Part shown: positions 49,660 through 56,187 of the stretch, in pieces
Layout: the number at the start of each line of letters is the position of its first letter
Position numbering within the stretch: position 1 is the stretch's first letter
Source of the DNA: Hemiscyllium ocellatum
Lineage: Eukaryota
Assembly: GCF_020745735.1 (NCBI RefSeq)
Contig: NC_083413.1
Coordinates: 97,058,220 to 97,114,406 of the forward strand
Direction of reading: 5' to 3'
DNA: 56,187 bases
The notes under the pieces: model-generated
Databases searched by the model: none
The model's input: only the letters and a program-made list of their open reading frames with translations
Told to the model about the DNA's origin: nothing
Made by a program: the position numbers and the translations under genes

Positions 49660-50150
49660 CAACATCATAAGATAGAGGATCAGAATAAGGCTGTTCAGCC
49701 AATCCAGAGTTTAGATCAGAATGATGCTGGAAAAGCACAGCAGGTTAGGCAGCATCCGACGAGCAGGAAAATCGACATTTGGGCTAAAGCCATTCTATGG
49801 TCTTCTCCCCACACTAAACAAGAACCGATCCATCTCTGGCTTGAATATACACAATGGCCTGGTCTCCACAGCCCTCTGCAGCAACAAGTTCCACAGATTC
49901 ATCACCCTCTTGCTGAAGAAATTCCTCCCCATCTCAGTTCTAAACGGTGCCCCTTTGATCCTGAGACTGTGCCCTTGGGTCCTAGTCTCGCCTACCAGTC
50001 AAAACATCTATTTACATTCACTCGACCTCAGTCTCTCAGTATTTTCTATGTTTCAATTAGATATCTCTCCAATATCCTCCCTCCACCCCCAAACTTATCC
50101 TTGAAGCCACTACCAGGCAAGGATTCAGCACTCTGAATGCTTCTCCCAGC
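49660..50150 (-). mobile_element. CR1 3' fragment in the CH2-CH3 intron, containing a nested pLTR-like piece at ~49705-49790
   Basis: cagcaacaagttccacagattcatcaccctcttgctgaagaaattcctccccatctcag is a CR1 reverse complement. The nested segment is the reverse complement of the 24347-24439 family. Confidence 0.75.
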
Positions 50151-50420
50151 ATGGTCAGGCAACAAACTATTTAACAAACTATTTAACAAAGCTCACCGTC
50201 TATATATCTATCTTCAACAGAGAGGAAACATGCTTTTCTGACTTGCCAAAATGTTGAATTATGAGCAATGCTAATGTAACACTCAAACTGAAATGAGATA
50301 CGTGACATGCTGGGAAATGAGAAGCTGTACCGTGCTGTTTACTACGCCTGATAAATTAGTGTGTTTGATTCACATCAGAGTTCAGAGTGATTTGTAGCTC
50401 TCCCAGTATGTGTCTCTTAC

Positions 50421-50732
50421 CCTGGAGTGCGGTGATATTTTTACTTTGAATGTTCTCTTCGTGAGTGACCTGGCAGGTATAGACTGCGCTGTTGTACCAT
50501 TCACCATAAGGGACCATCAGCCGACTCGTCACCGAGAAGTTCCCGTTCGCCTCACACACGGGAGACGTGAAGAAGCCAGAATCCAAGCGTCGGCCATTTT
50601 TCAACCAACTCACGTTGATTGTCTTCGGATGGAAATCGATGATTGAACAAACGACAGTTGCAAACTTGCTGCTTGCGATTTCTTCACTGGAGCTCACAGT
50701 TAGGAGAAGAGTTGGTGGGAGAGGACCTGTTC
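50421..50732 (-). CDS. IGHM: IgM heavy chain CH2 exon
   Basis: (G)[78 protein letters not shown]. tttcctaaag acceptor (alternative in-frame acceptor at 50726), G|gtaag donor. 312 nt. Confidence 0.95.
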
Positions 50733-50829
50733 CTTTAGGAAACACATCGCATAAATTATCTGATGAATTTCATCACAAATACAATCAGTTCTCATATATC
50801 AAGGTTTCTTGTGATTAATGGATACAAGA

Positions 50830-53755
50830 ATCATAATTGTGCAGAGTGCTGGAGAAGCTGGGATCCACACAGAAAGATCATCAGGACAATGTGAAAGGCT
50901 AAAATTATAGGACACAGCAAGGGAGTCAAGGAGGCATAGAAACGATAGGCCGGTAACATCAGAAGGGAGATAGCAACGTTGGATGGTATTCGTTTTAATG
51001 ACAGAGTCTGATGATCAAGGCAGATGAATTACCGGCATAAATGAGGAAATGATGCTGTTGCTATCACGGAGACATATTGAGAGCGGGGCAGGAGTGGCTA
51101 TTCAATTTTCCAGGATTTAGTGCCTTCAAGCGAGACAGGGAAAGATGGAAAAGGATGGAGGCAGGGGTTTGCGGCACGGAATGTTGCTTCTGTCACAATT
51201 CTGACAAGAGTATTTTAGGCTGTAAAGAGAAATGAAATCATAGATACCTCCTCGAACAAAGGCAAATGGACAGTACTTCAAAACCAAAATACAGCAAACA
51301 TAACTACTGGGAGAGCACGATAGGCCTTACTATAGGTCCAAAAGACCAAGTGCAAATACATGGATAAATTTCAGAGATATGTAAATTAAATAGGGGAATG
51401 AGAAAAGAGGTTTTTAACTTCCTCAGCATAGGCTTGGATATTCATTTTGTCTAACGTTTAGAGGGAGCACAATTCTGAAAATGCCCCCAGGAGAATATTT
51501 AAACAAAGTATGTGTTAAGACAGAGAATTTTAATCCAGACCTTGCAAGAGAGGGGTGAACCTGAATTTAACTTTTGGGAATGAAGTCGACCCATTGGGTA
51601 AAACATCAATGGTGGTGCACTTTGCAGACAGTGATCGTAAATCAGTTGGATTTCAGATTGTACTGCAAAGGAATAGACATTGGCCCAAAGTTCTGAAAAG
51701 GGGAAGGACAATTTTAGTAAGATCAGGTAATGACTTAACCAGAGTGGACTGGAAGCTGACACTTATTGGTAAATCTGAGTCAAAGCAGTGTGAAACATTT
51801 AAGAAAGAGACAGGAAAATCATAGGGAGGACATTTCCCAGGAAGCCACTGAATGGGACCAAGAATGTAGCGTGCTCTGGACACCAAAGGGCATGGAGGGT
51901 GAGATAAGGAGAAACAAGGGAGGCTTCCTGTCTATACTGAAATCTCAAAACAATAGAAATTAGTATGGAGTACAGAACGCGCAAGGGGGAGTTTGAAAGA
52001 CAAAGGAATTAGAAGAGCAAAAGGGACCATGAGAAAATAATAGGAGTCAAAATAAAGGAAAATATTTTTAAAAGTTACAGGCTCATTCATAATAAAAGAA
52101 TTATTCGGGAAACAGTAATGCCCATTAAGTGTTATTATTGGAGTGGAGCCGGAGGATTAGGTTGTGGTCAAAACGAATGTGTTGTGTCAGTGTTCACTAG
52201 TAAGAGGGACAATGTGGGGACAGAAATCATGGAGGAGTGTTGTGATGTACTTTCAGAAATTAGGACACATGACGTGATGTTCTGTGTTGTCTTGCTAAAT
52301 GAAAAGTGGTTATATTTCCAGGGCAGATGAAAAGTATACCAAGCGGTTGAGCGATGCAAGGGATGAAATAGTTGGGTCGCTAACAATAATTTAGAATTAC
52401 TGTCTGGCCACAGCAGTTGTGCCAAGTGAGTGTAGATCAGCCAACATTGCACTGTTACGCAGGACAAAGGAAGGGATAAATAATGAAAACACAGATCTGT
52501 CAAGCTAGTCTCAGTGGTAGGGAAACTATTGAAAAGTGAAATTAGTCTTCATTTGGAAGATAAATCAACAATTTTCAGCATAGTTTTATTGAGAGAAAGT
52601 CATGTGTAACAATTTGATAGTAGTTTTCAGAGAGATAACTCGATGTCCAGATGATAGCAATAATCAGAGCCAATGGGATCCGAGTTAATTTGACAGATTG
52701 GATCGAGAACTGGCTGAGTGATGGGAGCAGGGGATAATAGTCATCGGGTGTCTGGGTGACTGGGAATCTATGTCTCCTGGTGTTCTGTAGGGATTGGGGT
52801 TGATTTCCATGTTATTTCTCTTACATACCAATGATTGAGACTCAAATTTAGGAGGATTAACCAGTGAATTCACAGATGAAATGAAAACTGTCATGTTGGT
52901 AAGTCATGAGCATTATGGCTTTAGATTGCAGGAGGATATAAAAGGGTTGGTTGTATGTGAAGAGAAGTTGCAAATGGAAATTATTCTGGATAAATGTAAG
53001 GTAATGTAATTCGGCAGAAGAATCTGTGAGGTATGACATTTTGAATGGTGGAACCCTGGAAAGGCCTGAGGATCTTTGGTGCATGTACCCACCGATCCCC
53101 TATAGTACTGTGTCGTCTGGATAAAGAGACTAAGGAGGTGGGAGGATATTTGCTTTTATTAGCCTAGACATTGACAATGAAGAATCGGGAGATGATACTG
53201 GAACTTGATAGAACACTGGTTAGGCCATACTGAAGCGTTGTGTGCATGTTATCGAAGGAATGTGATTACACTGAAGGCAGTATTGATTAGATTTGCCAGG
53301 ATCTTGCCTGGGTTGGAGGGTTTTAGTTATGAAACGAGATGAGATAGACAGGGGTTTTCCTTGAAGCAGAGGAGAGTTAGGGAGAAGATTATCATGATGT
53401 CGAGAATTATTTTAGGCATAGACTGGGTAAACTGGATGAAACCTTTCCCCTTGATGGAGAGATCAATGCCTCAGGGGCACAGGGTGAAGGTAAGGCCAGG
53501 AGGTTCCAAGTGGATCTCAGGGGAAAACAAAATCAAACAGAGGGTGGTGTTAGCCTGGAGCTCAGCACCTATAAGTCATGTAGAGACTGAGCCCCTCATA
53601 ATAAGTATGAAGTATTGAGATGCATCCTTGCAAGGGCAAGTCACACAAGGCAATGGATCATGTGCTGGCACATGAGACTGGAATAGTTAGGTGGCTGTTA
53701 TTGATAGGCGCAAACTGGATGGATCAAAGGGCCTTTTTCCTGTGCTGTATAAGGG
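50830..53755 (+). mobile_element. Old, heavily decayed long CR1 LINE filling most of the CH1-CH2 intron, antisense to the Ig gene
   Basis: Colinear remnants of ORF2: gtcaagctagtctcagtggtagggaaacta (RPVSLTSVVGK-like), ttcacagatgaaatgaaaact (FADDTKI-like), gaggatctttggtgcatgtac, and tail gatcaaagggcctttttcctgtgctgtat at ~53720-53750. Confidence 0.75.
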
Positions 53756-53838
53756 GATTCTGTGAAAATGGTTATAAATAATGCCTTATCCATATTAATG
53801 CCAGATGCTCTGTTTATCTCAGTTCCCACAATACGTAC

Positions 53839-54147
53839 CTGGACATGGCATTTCTTTGCTCTTGTGTGACCCGCTGTGTTGAACCTCACAGTAGATTTTG
53901 CTGGGGCAATCTACCGCTGACCCGGGCAGGGTTAACTGGCTGCTCAGGGTGTAGGTTCCCTTCTTGTTTCTCACTGATGGGTAAGTCTTCAATCCACCAT
54001 TCGTGATTAGCTCCCCACCTTTCTTCCAGGTTACCTTGGTGACTTCTGGGGAATAGTCCATCACCAAACAACCAAAGATTGTCGAATCGGTGTTGTGCTC
54101 CTCACAGGAGGAGACCAGGCCATAAAGCGTGGGGGGAGATGGTGTCT
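53839..54147 (-). CDS. IGHM: IgM heavy chain CH1 exon
   Basis: (E)[102 protein letters not shown]. This is the shark C-mu1 pattern ([27 protein letters not shown]). ttgtag acceptor, G|gtacgt donor. 309 nt. Confidence 0.96.
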
Positions 54148-54484
54148 CTACAATAGAATGACCAATTGAGCATGTTAGTTTCTGTTAATTTGACCTTATC
54201 AGTTACTCAAATGTATCCTCAGCTGTAACCGTTTGCCAGTATGCTCCCGCTGAAGTCTACAGCATAACTGGAGTTTATTTTTGTTTCCTACCAGTTGCTG
54301 ATCATGATCATTGGTTCCCTCTTGAGAAACATGCCCTCGACCTTGACCATTGCCATATCATTTAGGAAGAAGAACATCCTGATCCCACCCCAGTAACTGT
54401 TTGAAGATCTCACCAATTGACACTTTCATTGGATTGCTGTGAAGAGCAGAGAAGTTTCACAAAATACAAACCAAGGAAATGCAG

Positions 54485-54812
54485 ATTCATCGAAATTCTA
54501 CAGTGTGTGCAAACAGGCCATTTGGCCCAACAATTCCACACCCACCCTCTGAAAAGAAACGCATCCAGACCCATTCCTCTACCCTATTATGCTACGGTTA
54601 ACCCTGACTAATGCATCTAACCTCCCAATCACTGAACACAACATTTGCAATTTCCCCAGCTTGTACAGATTTGGACTGTGGGAGGAAATGCACACAGATG
54701 TGGGGAGAAAGTGCCAACTCCACACAGACAGTTACCCGAGGCTGGAATGGAGCCAGAGTCCCTAGCACTGTGAGGCAGCAGCGCTAACCATGGAACCAGC
54801 GTGCCGCCCCAC
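54485..54812 (-). mobile_element. Older HE1-like SINE in the J-C intron
   Basis: caaacaggccatttggcccaac..tttggactgtgggaggaaa..actgtgaggcagcagcgctaacc. Diverged reverse complement of the SINE family. Confidence 0.8.
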
Positions 54813-54875
54813 TAGGTACCATGCTGCTGGAAATACCCAACAGCTGGCAGTACCCCCGGAGAGAAATCAGAGTGA

Positions 54876-55172
54876 ATCATAGAACATAGAACATCACAGT
54901 GCAGTGCAGGCCCTTCGGCCCTCGATGTTGCGCTGCCCTGACATACTAATATGAAGCCCATCCCACCTACACTATTCCATGTACATGCATAGGCCTGTCC
55001 AATGACAACTTAAATGTACTTAAACTTGGCGAATCTAATACCATTGCAGGCAAAGCACTCCATACCCTTACTACACAATGAGTAAAGAAACTACCTCTGC
55101 TATCTGTCTTATACCTGTCTCCCCTCACTTTAAAGTTGTGTCCCCTCGTGTTTGCCGTCCCCATACTTGGAA
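54876..55172 (-). mobile_element. CR1 3' end fragment
   Basis: (CATAGAA)n tail and caggcccttcggccc. Minus-strand frame GHNFKVRGDRYKTDSRGSFFTHCVVRVWSALP. Confidence 0.88.
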
Positions 55173-55238
55173 ATCAGGTCCAGTGAGCCTTCCTCACTTA
55201 TCAATGTAAGACAGAATGTTCTCTCTGGGAGGAAGGTC

Positions 55239-55239
<1 letters not shown>

Positions 55240-55269
<30 letters not shown>
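55240..55269. repeat. (CAG)10 microsatellite
   Basis: Ten perfect CAG units read directly. Confidence 0.95.
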
Positions 55270-55271
<2 letters not shown>

Positions 55272-55437
55272 CAGGCAGGAGCTGAGCACTGGGACGGGGA
55301 GGATGGCTGTCACGGCTGAACTCAGGCCAATTGGCTGGAAGTTGAAACATCTAATTTACAATTATCTGAATTCTGGAGGCCTCTGAAAAATGGAGGACCA
55401 TTAAGGTTCAGAGACTTTGGAGTGTTACAGCTGAGTA

Positions 55438-55762
55438 TTTAGATTAGATTAGATTAGATTAGATTACTTACAGTGTGGAAACAGGCCCTTCAGCCCAACA
55501 AGTCCACACCGACCCGCCGAAGCGCAACCCACCCATACCCTACATATACCCCTTACCTAACACTACGGGCAATTTAGCATGGCCAATTCACCTGACCCGC
55601 ACATCTTTGGACTGTGGGAGGAACCGGAGCACCGGAGGAAACCCACGCAGACACGGGGAGAACGTGCAAACTCCACACAGTCAGTCGCCTGAGGCGGGAA
55701 TTGAAACCCAGGTCCCTGGCGCTGTGAGGCAGCAGTGCTAACCACTGTGCCACCGTGCCGCC
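55438..55762 (-). mobile_element. HE1/V-SINE-like SINE, full length, young
   Basis: (TTAGA)n tail, body near-identical to 42369-42682, reverse-complement A/B boxes. Confidence 0.92.
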
Positions 55763-55974
55763 ATGTAAATATGATTTGAGAAATGAACAAGTAATCTTTA
55801 ACTTTAATAACTATCAAACTGATACGCAGTTCACCACCAAACCTCATCTCTCAGACTAACCACTGACTTACTCTGCCTAGACCTAAATTTCCACTCACAT
55901 TGACAAACCCCACCTGCTATACACCCATTCATGCCCGGAACACACAATCCCCATCACACAAAAAACACATCCAA

Positions 55975-56187
55975 GGCAATCCATATTGACAGTGTAGCTG
56001 AGCAGAGAGATCTCGGTGCCCATGTACACAGATCCCTAAAAGTTGCCAGCCAGTTTGATAGAGTTGTTAAGAAGGCATACTTTGTGCTGGCTTTCATCAA
56101 TAGAGGGACTGAGTTTCAGAACCACTAGGTTAGGTTGCAGCTGTACAAAACTCTGGTGTAGCTGCACTTGGAGTATGGTGTACTGTT
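55975..56187 (+). mobile_element. CR1 RT C-terminal fragment, cut by the window end
   Basis: EQRDLGAHVHRSLKVASQFDRVVKKAYFVLAFINRGTEF. Confidence 0.88.

Noticed and set aside
49603-50136. 177-aa + strand ORF in the CH2-CH3 intron
   Set aside because: It runs across the antisense strand of a CR1 fragment and a nested pLTR piece, so it is a composite artefact.
50161-50190. AACAAACTATTT x2.5 tandem
   Set aside because: Trivial slippage duplication near a LINE edge.
44248-54147. Alternative identity as IgNAR, IgW or IgM1gj
   Set aside because: There are four C domains with shark C-mu signatures and a mu tailpiece. CH2 is present (IgM1gj lacks it), and the sequence does not match remembered IgNAR C1-C5.
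55743-55749. CACAGTG heptamer on the Ig sense strand in the J-C intron, reminiscent of the kappa intron RSS
   Set aside because: It is the A-box of the SINE (TGGCACAGTGG), present in the young copies of the family, and has no nonamer.
54150-56187. Search for JH/D segments and real RSSs upstream of CH1
   Set aside because: No WGxG-encoding J segment or heptamer-spacer-nonamer was found. They must lie beyond the window.

Overview
Eukaryotic genomic DNA from a shark. It is probably a carpet shark (Orectolobiformes); that is inferred from similarity to remembered nurse-shark IgM and from the SINE/LINE types. The only host gene is the constant region of an immunoglobulin mu heavy-chain (IgM) cluster on the minus strand. 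It has CH1 (54147-53839), CH2 (50732-50421), CH3 (48441-48133), CH4 plus secretory tail (47685-47294), TM1 (44523-44396) and TM2 (44256-44248). All exons are open, splice phases are compatible, sites are GT-AG, and there are separate secretory and membrane poly(A) signals. V, D and J segments lie beyond the right edge. Bases 1-20118 are a complex 28-bp satellite (consensus CACAGGGACTGCTGTTCTCTATATTATA) with higher-order structure. It is interrupted by a Penelope-like fragment and a nested inverted SINE pair, and bounded by a decayed near-full-length CR1 LINE (20117-23754). The rest is retroelement debris: CR1 fragments, HE1/V-SINE-like SINEs, a Ty3/Gypsy remnant containing a MITE, and Penelope-derived pieces carrying minimal hammerhead-ribozyme motifs. 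The most intriguing observations are (1) the satellite monomer has 12-RSS geometry and deletional orientation about 24 kb downstream of C-mu, and is also dense in AID hotspots, and (2) a family of hammerhead-bearing mini-insertions with target-site duplications. Both functional ideas are hypotheses. Counts and repeat boundaries were read by eye and are approximate. Most short ORFs in the supplied track are artefacts.
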